This document shows positions 53,482 to 63,223 of a stretch of 64,000 bases of DNA, in pieces. Source of the DNA: a virus; the IMG/VR virus record IMGVR_UViG_3300005731_000127, positions 1 through 64,000 of that record; one strand, 5' to 3'. The notes under the pieces are model-generated. The model saw only the letters and a list, made by a program, of their open reading frames with translations. It had not been told where the DNA came from and did no database searches. The translations under genes were made by a program, and so were the position numbers. Every line of letters starts with the position of its first letter. Positions within the stretch are counted from its first letter, which is position 1.

Positions 53482-53930
53482 TATTCGTCCTTCATCGATC
53501 TCTGATCGTGTATGTTCCCAATCACTGTAAACCTCTTCTGCGTGCCTTTACTTAGCTGAAAACCCGACGCTGGACGATCATGTTCAACATAAGGATCAAA
53601 TAGAGACAGGCTGCAAGTGTTCTTGCATCGCCTTACCTCTCTACGAGTCTTACTTGCATTAGAATAGGATGACTGTCCTGTGTTTTTACATTCTAATATA
53701 TCACCCTCGTAAATTTCTACACCTTCTTTATCGGCAAATCCGGTGAATTGTTCTATAGTAATATGTTCTGGTGGACCATTCTCGTTTGTATAATCTCCAG
53801 TTTTTCTACTATATCTGTACACCTCGCAGCCATCACCGTAATCCTTTAAACACAACATAGGGTCTTCTTCTGCCCAAGCGTCAAGATATCTTTTTTCTAT
53901 TTTGTGCCATACCCTAAATTTAATTTTCAT
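53481..53930 (-). CDS. YopX-family protein
   Basis: KFRVW..QFTGFADKEGVEIYEGDI..VIGNIHD. Confidence 0.9.
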   Translation of the reverse strand: MKIKFRVWHKIEKRYLDAWAEEDPMLCLKDYGDGCEVYRYSRKTGDYTNENGPPEHITIEQFTGFADKEGVEIYEGDILECKNTGQSSYSNASKTRREVRRCKNTCSLSLFDPYVEHDRPASGFQLSKGTQKRFTVIGNIHDQRSMKDE

Positions 53931-53932
53931 AC

Positions 53933-54184
53933 TTACAGACCCACATTATCTTTTGGGGTTCCTTGTTGTTCGTATAGATTATAGACAAACAAATCATTAG
54001 AATGCATCCTTAGATCAGTAGCTATTTGTTTGGTCGTTAATTGTTTTTTAATTTCTAGTATACCTTCAGAGTACGACTCCATAGAATTACTTAAATTTTT
54101 TATTTTGTAGAGTCTAACACCTAGACATTTGTATAACAAAAGACCTGTATCTCTATAACAAGCAGTGGTTACTAATTTATCCAT
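53933..54184 (-). CDS. hypothetical protein
   Basis: ORF. Confidence 0.4.
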   Translation of the reverse strand: MDKLVTTACYRDTGLLLYKCLGVRLYKIKNLSNSMESYSEGILEIKKQLTTKQIATDLRMHSNDLFVYNLYEQQGTPKDNVGL

Positions 54185-54365
54185 CTTTATTCCTTGTGTT
54201 CCAAGTATCTATAGCTTCTTTGTCGGTTTTTGCAGTTAATAATAATGTGATACCACACTCGCAATCAATCCATCTAGGCTCCGATCCACAACAATATTCG
54301 TCGCAATAAATGATTTTTATATTCGATCCGCCACAGAATGGGCATGGCTTTGCATTAAGCGTCAT
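54177..54365 (-). CDS. Lar-family restriction alleviation protein
   Basis: KPCPFCG...AIDTWNTR. Confidence 0.8.
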   Translation of the reverse strand: MTLNAKPCPFCGGSNIKIIYCDEYCCGSEPRWIDCECGITLLLTAKTDKEAIDTWNTRNKDG

Positions 54366-54781
54366 TCTACCACTTTCCTTTTATGTGTCAAGATCGTGAT
54401 CTTGTTATTTTTAGGATTAAATTCTCTCCAAGTATCTTCCCACGGACCACGAAAAGTTAAAGCGTAAGTCGTTTTGTGGGCGACCACTTTATGAAAGCAT
54501 TTCCGTTTAGTGATCTTAGGCTTGATTGATGGCTTAAAATCCTTTTCTTCGCCGGAAATCATTTTCTCCGTCACTGATCCCCATAACCACCAAGTAATGG
54601 CATTAAATGCGTGAGAGTGGTAATTCTCTCTTGACCCCTTGTTGAATCTCAAAACACATAAAGAGAAAACAGGTTTCCATTCTAGTAGACAATAACCGGT
54701 TACGCCGGAGTTTGGTCCACCGTCTTGTTTTTTGAAGAATAATCGCGGGAACCATTTACTGTGGTAAATTTTCATCTTCAT
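54362..54781 (-). CDS. cupin-like phage protein
   Basis: YHSHAFNA..FHKV..FRGPW. Confidence 0.6.
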   Translation of the reverse strand: MKMKIYHSKWFPRLFFKKQDGGPNSGVTGYCLLEWKPVFSLCVLRFNKGSRENYHSHAFNAITWWLWGSVTEKMISGEEKDFKPSIKPKITKRKCFHKVVAHKTTYALTFRGPWEDTWREFNPKNNKITILTHKRKVVE

Positions 54782-54947
54782 TCTCTTTTCTAAAAGTGAT
54801 ATTTGCTATATATGGCACTTTTATCTCATTGCTCTCATGATCATCCATAATGTAATCAGTCCACCCTAATTCCAGCGACTCTACATTGTCTGGATAATTT
54901 AATTCCCAAGCCATTTCATCCCGAATAAATAAACTTAAATTTGCCAT
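54756..54947 (-). CDS. hypothetical protein
   Basis: ORF. Confidence 0.4.
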   Translation of the reverse strand: MANLSLFIRDEMAWELNYPDNVESLELGWTDYIMDDHESNEIKVPYIANITFRKENEDENLPQ

Positions 54948-54952
54948 ATTTT

Positions 54953-55249
54953 TTATATCCTTTCAAGATATTCTTTTATTACATCACCATGACAAGCAAG
55001 AGGTTTACAAAAACACCCTAAAGTTTTACCTTTAAGATCATCTACCGCTTTCTTAAATTCTGGATCAGTTTTAATTCTATTGTAAAAATACTCTCGGAAT
55101 TTTTCTATACAACCTTCTCTCCCATATTTGCCGACAAAAAACGGATTACCTAAAAATCCAAATGCAGGAGGATCGGGAATAGAATGGTCTGGTTTTCGAG
55201 TAATTTTAAAATCACATTTTTCTTTGGTCAAATTTACAATTTTAGTCAC
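54953..55249 (-). CDS. DUF4326 protein
   Basis: GNPF..GREGCI..LKGKTLGCFCKPLACHGDVI. Confidence 0.88.
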   Translation of the reverse strand: MTKIVNLTKEKCDFKITRKPDHSIPDPPAFGFLGNPFFVGKYGREGCIEKFREYFYNRIKTDPEFKKAVDDLKGKTLGCFCKPLACHGDVIKEYLERI

Positions 55250-55477
55250 TTAATTCTCCTGCGTTCTGTTGTCTTGATTGTATTTGACAATTTGCTTTCC
55301 TCTTTTGTTTAATTTTTTCCACTTAATCTTAAATGAGGTCGATTCGATACCTCCGAACATTTTTGCGTTAGCATGAAGCTCACAGAGAGCAGCAACAAGT
55401 AAAGAAAAAGCATGTTCACTACTCCACTCAGACAGCTTCGTCGCCAGTTGATCCGCCGTGCAGGTGTGCAACACCAT
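55250..55477 (-). pseudogene. probable C-terminal fragment of a larger phage protein
   Basis: Conserved-looking ELHANAKMFGGIESTSFKIKWK; no SD; upstream frame closed by TAG and TAA. Confidence 0.35.
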
Positions 55478-55570
55478 ATCATTCTAATAATTATAATGTT
55501 AGAGATATTCATGCCTTTTTTCTTTTTTCCCGATTATTCGCTGTCTCTATTGATTTTTTAATTCTTAATT

Positions 55571-55858
55571 CTATTTTCCTGATTTAAAACCATGTTCAGA
55601 AAGTTGAGAAAGCCATTCTTCGTATTTTTCTTTTCCTAGTTTTTTCCCATATTTGTCGACTAAAACGTCCTTGAATTTTTTCCCGGTTCGACCATTTTTT
55701 AAACCTTTGTTTTTGTCAGGCTCTTTTTCATACTGCTTCTTGGTTGTACATGATCGACAAAACTTATTGTTTTTTACCGCGTTTTTATAACTATGTTTAT
55801 GTTTGTAGGATAATTCTTTTTTACAGGCAGGACATTTTCTTTTGTATTCTGTTTTCAT
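55571..55858 (-). CDS. truncated homing-endonuclease-like Zn-finger protein
   Basis: CPAC..CRSC, GLKNGRTGK, KYGKKLG; no nuclease domain before TAG. Confidence 0.5.
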   Translation of the reverse strand: MKTEYKRKCPACKKELSYKHKHSYKNAVKNNKFCRSCTTKKQYEKEPDKNKGLKNGRTGKKFKDVLVDKYGKKLGKEKYEEWLSQLSEHGFKSGK

Positions 55859-55891
55859 GTCTGGTCTTTTCGTTACAAAAAAATACAATAA

Positions 55892-55964
55892 TGCTCCCAC
55901 AGGGACTCGAACCCTGAACATTCCGTTTTAGAGGCGGCTACTCTACCAATTGAGTTATAGGAGC
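55892..55964 (-). tRNA. amber suppressor tRNA (CUA)
   Basis: Canonical acceptor, D and T arms; loop CT-CTA-AA; anticodon stem has only 3 Watson-Crick pairs. Confidence 0.75.
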
Positions 55965-55973
55965 AAGAGCATA

Positions 55974-56492
55974 TTACTCTACATTTCTAATTAGTTCTGG
56001 AGGCGTAGACAGCTTAAGCGGTTTATCAGCAAGCATATATTCTCCTGCCCATTCTACATAAGTGCCATCTGTTGTAAAGAAGAAAATCGCATCACCGTTG
56101 GTTCCGTAACTACCGTCTTCTGCCGGACTTGGAATTACTCCAGAAACATAATCATAACCTGCACTTCGCCTTACAGTACGTCCAGATATCTGACTGGGGT
56201 TCGTAATTTGAGAATTTACAGAACTAACTTTTCCTTTTACTGTATAGAAAGCCATAACTTTTCCATAAGAAACAAGATAGATGTAGCTTACTTTTGCGGA
56301 ATCATTCCACAAGTTTGTTCTTTTATTGATATTTTCTCTCTCTAAGGAAAAATCGAGAGACACAGGTGGCTGCCTTTTTAGTAATTTTGATTGATTAGCT
56401 TCTGTTTTTTCTTGTTCTAGTTGAGCGGTTCCCGGCTTATAGTCACATCCAGTAACTAATAGCAAACATGCGATAATTGTAAAGTTTTTCAT
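55974..56492 (-). CDS. lipoprotein
   Basis: Lipobox VTGC; EDGSYGTN..IFFFT. Confidence 0.75.
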   Translation of the reverse strand: MKNFTIIACLLLVTGCDYKPGTAQLEQEKTEANQSKLLKRQPPVSLDFSLERENINKRTNLWNDSAKVSYIYLVSYGKVMAFYTVKGKVSSVNSQITNPSQISGRTVRRSAGYDYVSGVIPSPAEDGSYGTNGDAIFFFTTDGTYVEWAGEYMLADKPLKLSTPPELIRNVE

Positions 56493-56992
56493 AGTTTGAT
56501 CCTTTCGGGTAGTTCTACATCACCCATTTTGAAAATTTTCCTGTTTACCATACGTGATTTTGCGTTATATTCTCCGGCTAAGTCAGATTTTTGCTGTTTT
56601 AGACCTAGCAGGATTGATTGTAGCCTAGCATATTCTTCTTTATCTGCCCAGTCCCAATTTTTCCTTTCTCCTAATTCTTCGGAAAAAGACTCTACGGACA
56701 TTTTAGCTCCGGCAATTTTATTGTCAAGAGCATTAATGCTTTCATGGCGTAACTTAAACCATTCATAGTTGTAAATCATATTATCAGCATCAATCGTCTT
56801 ATTAACAACTCTTCCGGCTTGACGCAATGGGTTCATTACAAACGAACAACCTCCTATAGCAACAACTCCAACAAACACAATAAACCCTACAGCAAACATT
56901 GCCGAAAATGGTCCTCGATCAAATTTTCTCTCTAAACTTTCCCAACTCACACTAGTTTCCTTTTTTAAATTTTCCAATTCCAGTTTCCGCAA
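56489..56992 (-). CDS. membrane-anchored coiled-coil protein
   Basis: TM segment, IYNYEWF, EYNAKS; adjacent to the lipoprotein. Confidence 0.65.
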   Translation of the reverse strand: MRKLELENLKKETSVSWESLERKFDRGPFSAMFAVGFIVFVGVVAIGGCSFVMNPLRQAGRVVNKTIDADNMIYNYEWFKLRHESINALDNKIAGAKMSVESFSEELGERKNWDWADKEEYARLQSILLGLKQQKSDLAGEYNAKSRMVNRKIFKMGDVELPERIKL

Positions 56993-57109
56993 TGATCTCT
57001 GCTACTGCTTTTTCTTTATCTGTCATGTCTTCTAAATTTGTTCCAGCAAGTATACCAGCTATTCGAATTAATGCAAGAGCAAACTCGCTTCTTTCTTTAC
57101 AACACTGTT

Positions 57110-57592
57110 TCATAAATTTTCCTCAATTGGATGAAGGTCTTGTATCTTTATATTATAGCAATTTGCCTTTACTGTAAACCAATTATCTCCCTGCCGTTGC
57201 CCCTTTCTCAAATATTCCGCATCATTAAAATAATCCTCTTTCGGATAACACCCTAAAACCCATCCAACGGAAAGATCATTTTGTATACGAACGAATACAT
57301 AATAATCACACTTCTGGATCGTATTGTATGCGGCAACACTACAGTCGTAATAATCCTCTGGTTTTCCTTTGCATTTTTTGGTTTTTACGTCACAGGTTCC
57401 CCATTCAGTTACTATATCATAATCATACGTATTTTCAATACGTCCTTTTATAACGGTGTTTGCAAGTATTTCTCCTAAAAAACCTACAACATTACCTTTT
57501 CCTTTGGTAATAGACTTTTTAAGTTTTCCCATCTCCTGAGACTTTTCTTCCGCTTCGCGGATCATATCTTGTGTTACCTTGACTTCAATCAT
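57110..57592 (-). CDS. PD-(D/E)xK-like hypothetical protein
   Basis: GFLGE..YDYDI..DVKTK. Confidence 0.6.
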   Translation of the reverse strand: MIEVKVTQDMIREAEEKSQEMGKLKKSITKGKGNVVGFLGEILANTVIKGRIENTYDYDIVTEWGTCDVKTKKCKGKPEDYYDCSVAAYNTIQKCDYYVFVRIQNDLSVGWVLGCYPKEDYFNDAEYLRKGQRQGDNWFTVKANCYNIKIQDLHPIEENL

Positions 57593-57848
57593 TCTTCATT
57601 CCACTAAAACCGCGAATCTTAGTTGTTATATAGTTGTTAATTTTATCTCTTGACCTATCAAGTAAAGTACATGCCATGGCAATCGTTCCAACAATAGGCA
57701 AAAATGCTATAAAACAAGCAAAGACAGTATCGGAAATATCAAACTTTCTATGACCACATACAACATCATATACTTCCATAGTTATTGCGATGGCAATATA
57801 AAATAATGATGACAACACATACAACGCTACGCAAATCCAAAATAACAT
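57585..57848 (-). CDS. membrane protein
   Basis: 2 TM; paralog of 58287-58559. Confidence 0.6.
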   Translation of the reverse strand: MLFWICVALYVLSSLFYIAIAITMEVYDVVCGHRKFDISDTVFACFIAFLPIVGTIAMACTLLDRSRDKINNYITTKIRGFSGMKND

Positions 57849-57893
57849 AATTACTCCTTAACGTCTAGTGAAAAATTAATATCAGCTTCTGCT

Positions 57894-58286
57894 TCATTTA
57901 ACATAGCCATCCAATTTATAAGAAATTTCTCTTAGCTGATTAGAATCTAAATTACCATCTCTTGCACAAAAATGGTTTTTTAATTTTCTTTCGTCTAAAT
58001 AAATATCACCAATATAATTCCCATCCATATACACTTCCTCAAGAACAGAATCTTCCCTATCTTTTTTATATGTGATAGTACCTGTCTTTTTTGACTTGGG
58101 GTGCATGTAACCCCATATATGACCACATATATATCCTACAACAAAAACAATTGTTGGAGCAGACGATCCAGAGTCCTGCATAAAACGACTTATAGAACTT
58201 TCAACTCCACCAGTTGATACTGCGTAAAGATCATAAATACCTAAAGCTATTACACAAGCGGTTATAATTTTTGCTGTTAAAGTCAT
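57894..58286 (-). CDS. membrane protein
   Basis: TM segments; GYICGH. Confidence 0.55.
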   Translation of the reverse strand: MTLTAKIITACVIALGIYDLYAVSTGGVESSISRFMQDSGSSAPTIVFVVGYICGHIWGYMHPKSKKTGTITYKKDREDSVLEEVYMDGNYIGDIYLDERKLKNHFCARDGNLDSNQLREISYKLDGYVK

Positions 58287-58559
58287 TTATGACACCTCCT
58301 TATCTTTTACGCCAGCAAAATCATAGATTTTTTTTGTTAAAAAATTCGAAATATCAAATTTGAATATGTAAAAACAAAAACTAATAAATCCAATCGTTCC
58401 AAACACAGGTAGTAATGAGCATACTATTCCACAAGAAATATTATTGAAATCGATATCGCGTTTACTTGATATTACACCGTAGATTTCAGCCGCAATAAAC
58501 AAAAACCAGTAAAACAAAACCGATAGGATATACAATCCAAGACAAAGATAAGATAACAT
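58287..58559 (-). CDS. membrane protein
   Basis: 2 TM; paralog of 57585-57848. Confidence 0.6.
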   Translation of the reverse strand: MLSYLCLGLYILSVLFYWFLFIAAEIYGVISSKRDIDFNNISCGIVCSLLPVFGTIGFISFCFYIFKFDISNFLTKKIYDFAGVKDKEVS

Positions 58560-58713
58560 AATTTCTCCTATTTTCTTAATTCGTACCATATTAAGGCACA
58601 GTTCGCAGTAAAGTATGACAAGTACATTATACCCATTGGGTAGTCTTTAGTCCTCAAATTATTTACGCCAGCTAATAAATAACAGAAAGCGGCAACAAGT
58701 AAAGGAAAAACAC

Positions 58714-59211
58714 TCACGGGTATTCACAAACGATTACGTCAAACGACGGACACCAAATTTCCTCAATCAGTTCTTCAATGAACTGCCAATTACCACCGGC
58801 ACGTAGAGAGCCAAACTTTGGAGCTACTACAGTATCAGCTTCTGATAGAGAGTCCCTTATGGAAGTCATACAGGAAACAAGATGCTCGTACCTAATAGGT
58901 TTTTGAGTGACCTTAGAGCGATCTCCTGTGCTGATAGATCGTATTCCAGTTTGAGCGTACATATTTACAACAGTGATCAGTATTGATGTATCATTGTGTA
59001 TGTTTATATAATCACATTGCCCTAGTTTTTTACTAGAATTCCTGAATTGTTTTTCTGGCTCTCCCCATTCTTTTGACAGAGCCATCACGAATCCGCTCCC
59101 CCAAGCTTTTATGTCGTTTACGATATGCGGGATGATAACCCAATTGTCGTCACTTGCTAGGTATTTTGCCGTTTTAATGGCATCGCCTTTAACGTATTGT
59201 AATTTTGACAC
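58714..59211 (-). CDS. macrodomain (Poa1p/TARG1-like ADP-ribose processing)
   Basis: YVKGDA, PHIVND..AWGSGF, PKFGSLRAGGNW. Confidence 0.85.
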   Translation of the reverse strand: MSKLQYVKGDAIKTAKYLASDDNWVIIPHIVNDIKAWGSGFVMALSKEWGEPEKQFRNSSKKLGQCDYINIHNDTSILITVVNMYAQTGIRSISTGDRSKVTQKPIRYEHLVSCMTSIRDSLSEADTVVAPKFGSLRAGGNWQFIEELIEEIWCPSFDVIVCEYP

Positions 59212-59449
59212 TAGCTTTTACCTCTTTAAATTTTGTATCTGCGTCAACTCTTGTATATTCTAAGTCATTATTTTCTGTATTGTTTTTTAGCATAAAAACA
59301 GCATCATCAAAGAGTCCTCTAAGGGAACAGACTAAACTGCCTATAAACTTTTTATTTTCGCAATATACAACTTCATAAACAACCCCCCGTTCTAATTCAT
59401 CGCATGTTAAAATTTTTTTATCTTTTATCTTCACTTTTACTTTTGTCAT
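59189..59449 (-). CDS. hypothetical protein
   Basis: ORF. Confidence 0.5.
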   Translation of the reverse strand: MTKVKVKIKDKKILTCDELERGVVYEVVYCENKKFIGSLVCSLRGLFDDAVFMLKNNTENNDLEYTRVDADTKFKEVKASVKITIR

Positions 59450-59687
59450 TTTTTTTTCTCCTTCTAGATGATTCGATTTTACCTACAAAACAATAATAAC
59501 ATAAAGGCGGCGGAAGGAAATCAAATTTTCGCTTAAAATGCCGGATTCTTCCATTTTTATCCCGCAGGAGATAATGTTTGATATTCCGTCCTTTTGGTCC
59601 CGGCTCAGAACCCATAGTGAACACGTCTCCGCCGTAAAATACTCGCAGAGTATAAGCCCAAATGTAACAATTACCTATAAAATACAT
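59418..59687 (-). CDS. hypothetical protein
   Basis: ORF. Confidence 0.5.
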   Translation of the reverse strand: MYFIGNCYIWAYTLRVFYGGDVFTMGSEPGPKGRNIKHYLLRDKNGRIRHFKRKFDFLPPPLCYYCFVGKIESSRRRKKNDKSKSEDKR

Positions 59688-59838
59688 TATTCTGTCCTAG
59701 TTTTAACTTTTCCACATTTAATGCAATATCGTTCTTGATGATAATACACTTTTCCAACTGTGGTCCATTTACCCCATTTATGATTACATATTTTAAAACC
59801 AATGATGTACTTGATTATTACGTAGAGGATATATCCGA

Positions 59839-60039
59839 TCATTTTTTAGCCTTGGTTAATCCTAAATCTATCATTTTGTCAGTACAGGAGTTACATAAAG
59901 TTCTTCTTTGCATTAGTCCGGCAGAAGCGGTTCCTTGTGCGTATGGGTTTAACTTTTCTTCAGTATAACACCAAAGCTCATAAACCGCCTCAACTTTTTC
60001 TTTATTTGTTGAGCATCTATCACAAAACGGTTCACGCAT
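59839..60039 (-). CDS. small Zn-finger protein
   Basis: CDRC..LCNSC. Confidence 0.5.
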   Translation of the reverse strand: MREPFCDRCSTNKEKVEAVYELWCYTEEKLNPYAQGTASAGLMQRRTLCNSCTDKMIDLGLTKAKK

Positions 60040-61747
60040 TAACTCTCCCCCTAATTTCGCTCAGTGAAGTCTCTCGTAAGAGAGTACCATCTTCGAACAC
60101 AGTTGTCAATAGTCCTTCCTCCTCTTCTTCCCATGTGCATTCGTCCATAAATGTTAGGTCTTCGTTAACCCGGAGTAGACCGCGAGCAGAATTCTTCATG
60201 CCTGAATCAGTTTTTGGTTGTTTAAAGATCGGTCGTGATTCGACTTTTCCTTCAATAGTAACTTCGCCATAAGTCGCTTTAACCGCAAGACCTAGCGTGT
60301 CTCTAGTGTTCATATTGTATGTAAAGCTACCAATACCTAACACGATATTATCAGAAGCGAACCCTTTAGCCTTTAATCGCCTTAGAATCTCTTCTTGGCG
60401 ATCAAGTGTGATAGCGTCACCATAGATCAACCCAATGTGAGAGTCAAGAGTTTTGTATCCCTTTTCGTTTGCTGTTCCTCCAAACATATCCCATAGAATC
60501 TCGATAGAGCCTTTTTGTTCTGGAGTGAGTTCAATTTCTTTTAACTCTTTCTTCCAGATACCATCAATGTAATAATACTGTTTATCATAACGATTCCAAT
60601 CTGGCTCAATATAGCATTCGTAGTATTTATCTCGGAATTTAAATTTCATCGTTAAATCACCACCGTATTCTCCATGTGGCGTATCTTCTCTGATTTTTTC
60701 TTCCATAATCTCCGCACACCAATCCTTTAGTGCAGCATTATCTTTGTGGTATTTACTATACTCTTCCGTTATATCTGTAATTTCTTCACCACAGATGATT
60801 TCTACAGGGTCTCCACTGTCGGGCCTAACCACGTACTTACCATCTCTCGCCGTAATTCGATCTTTAAATTTTGGGAGTGTCTCGGTGATCATCTTCCAGT
60901 AATCAAATCCATCACTGACAACAGATACAATACCTTCAGGATAAATGTTAAGCATAGTTTCGACGTAAAGGTCTTCATCAATATGACCCTTTACCAAAGA
61001 ATTGAGGCACTGCACTGAATGCTCTGTAGCGGCGACTGAATACGCTACATCATCGATAGGGGCATTATAGTATTCTTCGGCAAACATCAATACAGGAACC
61101 GTGTCAGACCCCTTAAATGCAGTAACGTGACCCAAGGCACTTAAGCACGCACCTTCTACACCAACCATTCCCCGCATAGAGAAGTCATGACCTTGAAAAT
61201 CGATAAACTCTTTGTTCGCACCGGTTTCTTCCGCATACTTTTCAAACTTTTGACGATACAGGTCAGCAATTGTAGCAGAAACAATTGGCTTCCAAACAAT
61301 ATCACTCAATAAAGTTTCTAAAGAGTTGGTCAACCATCCAAAATCTGGATGTGTATTATAGATCGTCATACTTGGCGTTCGGATTGGGACGCGAGACCCT
61401 TCCGGCAGAGCTTTGATTTTAATAGGAAGGTATCCGAGATCATGTAACGCAGCGATGTGTTCAGTCTCCATAGGAGAACCAAAATGTGCTGCTGTCACAC
61501 GTTTGACTTCTGCGATGACTTCTTCTTTATCTCTATCAAAAAAGTTTTCATTGAATTGATCAATTAGGTACTCTTTAATAAAATACTGCAAACCGCAAAA
61601 AACATGAGAATCGACATCATAACAACGCTTGCTTGATCTTGCTGTTAAATTTGAATAAACCAAGCTGATACCGGCAGGGTATTGTTTGTAGTGCGATAAC
61701 TTATAGCTATCCAAAAGAAGAACGGTGATAAAATCTTTAATTCTCAT
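60032..61747 (-). CDS. nadV: nicotinamide phosphoribosyltransferase-like (NadV/Namat)
   Basis: DSYKLSH, HDFSMRG, ATEHS, SVVSD, RPDSGDP, YGDAI, GIGS. Confidence 0.92.
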   Translation of the reverse strand: MRIKDFITVLLLDSYKLSHYKQYPAGISLVYSNLTARSSKRCYDVDSHVFCGLQYFIKEYLIDQFNENFFDRDKEEVIAEVKRVTAAHFGSPMETEHIAALHDLGYLPIKIKALPEGSRVPIRTPSMTIYNTHPDFGWLTNSLETLLSDIVWKPIVSATIADLYRQKFEKYAEETGANKEFIDFQGHDFSMRGMVGVEGACLSALGHVTAFKGSDTVPVLMFAEEYYNAPIDDVAYSVAATEHSVQCLNSLVKGHIDEDLYVETMLNIYPEGIVSVVSDGFDYWKMITETLPKFKDRITARDGKYVVRPDSGDPVEIICGEEITDITEEYSKYHKDNAALKDWCAEIMEEKIREDTPHGEYGGDLTMKFKFRDKYYECYIEPDWNRYDKQYYYIDGIWKKELKEIELTPEQKGSIEILWDMFGGTANEKGYKTLDSHIGLIYGDAITLDRQEEILRRLKAKGFASDNIVLGIGSFTYNMNTRDTLGLAVKATYGEVTIEGKVESRPIFKQPKTDSGMKNSARGLLRVNEDLTFMDECTWEEEEEGLLTTVFEDGTLLRETSLSEIRGRVNA

Positions 61748-61907
61748 GAGTTAATCCTAAATTTGTTATTTTGTTAATTTCAATCATATTCTTACCTATT
61801 CATACGGTAACTGCATATCTGTTATATAACCACAGTTCGTACAAAACTCAATCCAACCGTCTTCGAAAAGACGGTATAGCTGACGAAATTCATCCGGGTG
61901 CTTGCAC

Positions 61908-62345
61908 CTATTTTGCGACATACTTAGTGCCTTCAACGATCAAGTATTTAATCGTCCTGTGATCGACCTGTCGCAAACTCTTCTCAACCCTCTTAGGGTC
62001 ATCCTTAAGTGATGCTAAAAGGTCAAGGTCTTCACAATAACTACGACCCATCAATGGTTCGTGACTCATCAATCGTCCACGAAGGACTCTTTCGTTACCA
62101 TTCGCTTTAACGAAACATACTGTAAAGACGACATTGTAGCACTTAATGAATCGTTCTGCAAGTGCGGTCTTTGTCACTTTCTTTTCTTTTTCGAAATCAT
62201 CTGACGAATTCAATTCTTTAATGAGTGCATCACCTTCGATTTCGAATTTAAGTTTTGTGTGAATATTTTCTACAATTACCGAGTCTTTTTTGGCTGAAAT
62301 AACTTTGCAGAATTCTACTGTTGAAACCAAATCATCTTTTTTCAT
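61908..62345 (-). CDS. hypothetical protein (SH3-like fold possible)
   Basis: FTVCFVKANG.ERVLRG..RQVDHRTI. Confidence 0.65.
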   Translation of the reverse strand: MKKDDLVSTVEFCKVISAKKDSVIVENIHTKLKFEIEGDALIKELNSSDDFEKEKKVTKTALAERFIKCYNVVFTVCFVKANGNERVLRGRLMSHEPLMGRSYCEDLDLLASLKDDPKRVEKSLRQVDHRTIKYLIVEGTKYVAK

Positions 62346-62389
62346 TTTTTTCTCCGTGTTAAGTTTATAAGTATTCGTCTATTTGTAGA

Positions 62390-63214
62390 TCAAACCACTC
62401 GCTTAATAATCATTTTGGTTGTTGGTTTTAAATCATCTCGGTACGAGTTGGTCGTATAAATTTTGTCGACCCCCTCTAATTCTGTTCCTTTAGAGAATAT
62501 ACCGTGGTAAACCACTAAGTCAACCCTTTTTGCTCCACTTTCGCGAAGTTTTCCTGCTAATCCTGAGAAAGTTCCTCCACCATCACAGAGGTCATCAATG
62601 ATAATACAGTGTTCTGGCACTTCCGCAGGACAAGAAAACCCAGATAAACTACCGTCCTTCATATTTCTATGCTTAGAGCATTCCATAACAATAGGACTAA
62701 CAGACATATATTTATGATGATCATTCCAGTACCGCTTTACAGCACCAGCGTCCGGCAGACAAATACACCATGACTTCTCTTTAGTCGATTCTGGTATTGC
62801 ATTTTGTTGATGAACATCCAGTAATAACTTTAAAGCGGAATTTATAAAAGCCCCCTCAACCGCAGTATGCGAATAAGCATCAAGTCTATCGTTAGTTGAT
62901 TGAGAATGAGACCATACGGTGGAAATCTCACTAAACCCCATTCCATTAATGATATCACAAACAACCTTGAGTGTATTTGGGGATTGCATGTCAATAGCAC
63001 GATCCATTCTTGACCCAACCAGATAATGCAGTACAAGTGAAATATTCTTAATACCTTTTCTTTTTTGAACGTCAACGAGTTGCCCCAACTCGATTAAGTC
63101 CTGAAAAGATCGAATTGACGCAATTACTGAGTTGTCTAGACCAAGATCGCCACTTCTGAACGACATTCCGTCAGGAAAACTTTTTCGTTCAAGTTTATTA
63201 AATAGTATTGTCAT
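62390..63214 (-). CDS. prs: ribose-phosphate pyrophosphokinase-like (Adps)
   Basis: FPDG, RMDR, PDAGA, IIDDLCDGGGTF, HGIFSKG. Confidence 0.88.
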   Translation of the reverse strand: MTILFNKLERKSFPDGMSFRSGDLGLDNSVIASIRSFQDLIELGQLVDVQKRKGIKNISLVLHYLVGSRMDRAIDMQSPNTLKVVCDIINGMGFSEISTVWSHSQSTNDRLDAYSHTAVEGAFINSALKLLLDVHQQNAIPESTKEKSWCICLPDAGAVKRYWNDHHKYMSVSPIVMECSKHRNMKDGSLSGFSCPAEVPEHCIIIDDLCDGGGTFSGLAGKLRESGAKRVDLVVYHGIFSKGTELEGVDKIYTTNSYRDDLKPTTKMIIKRVV

Positions 63215-63223
63215 GAGAATTCC

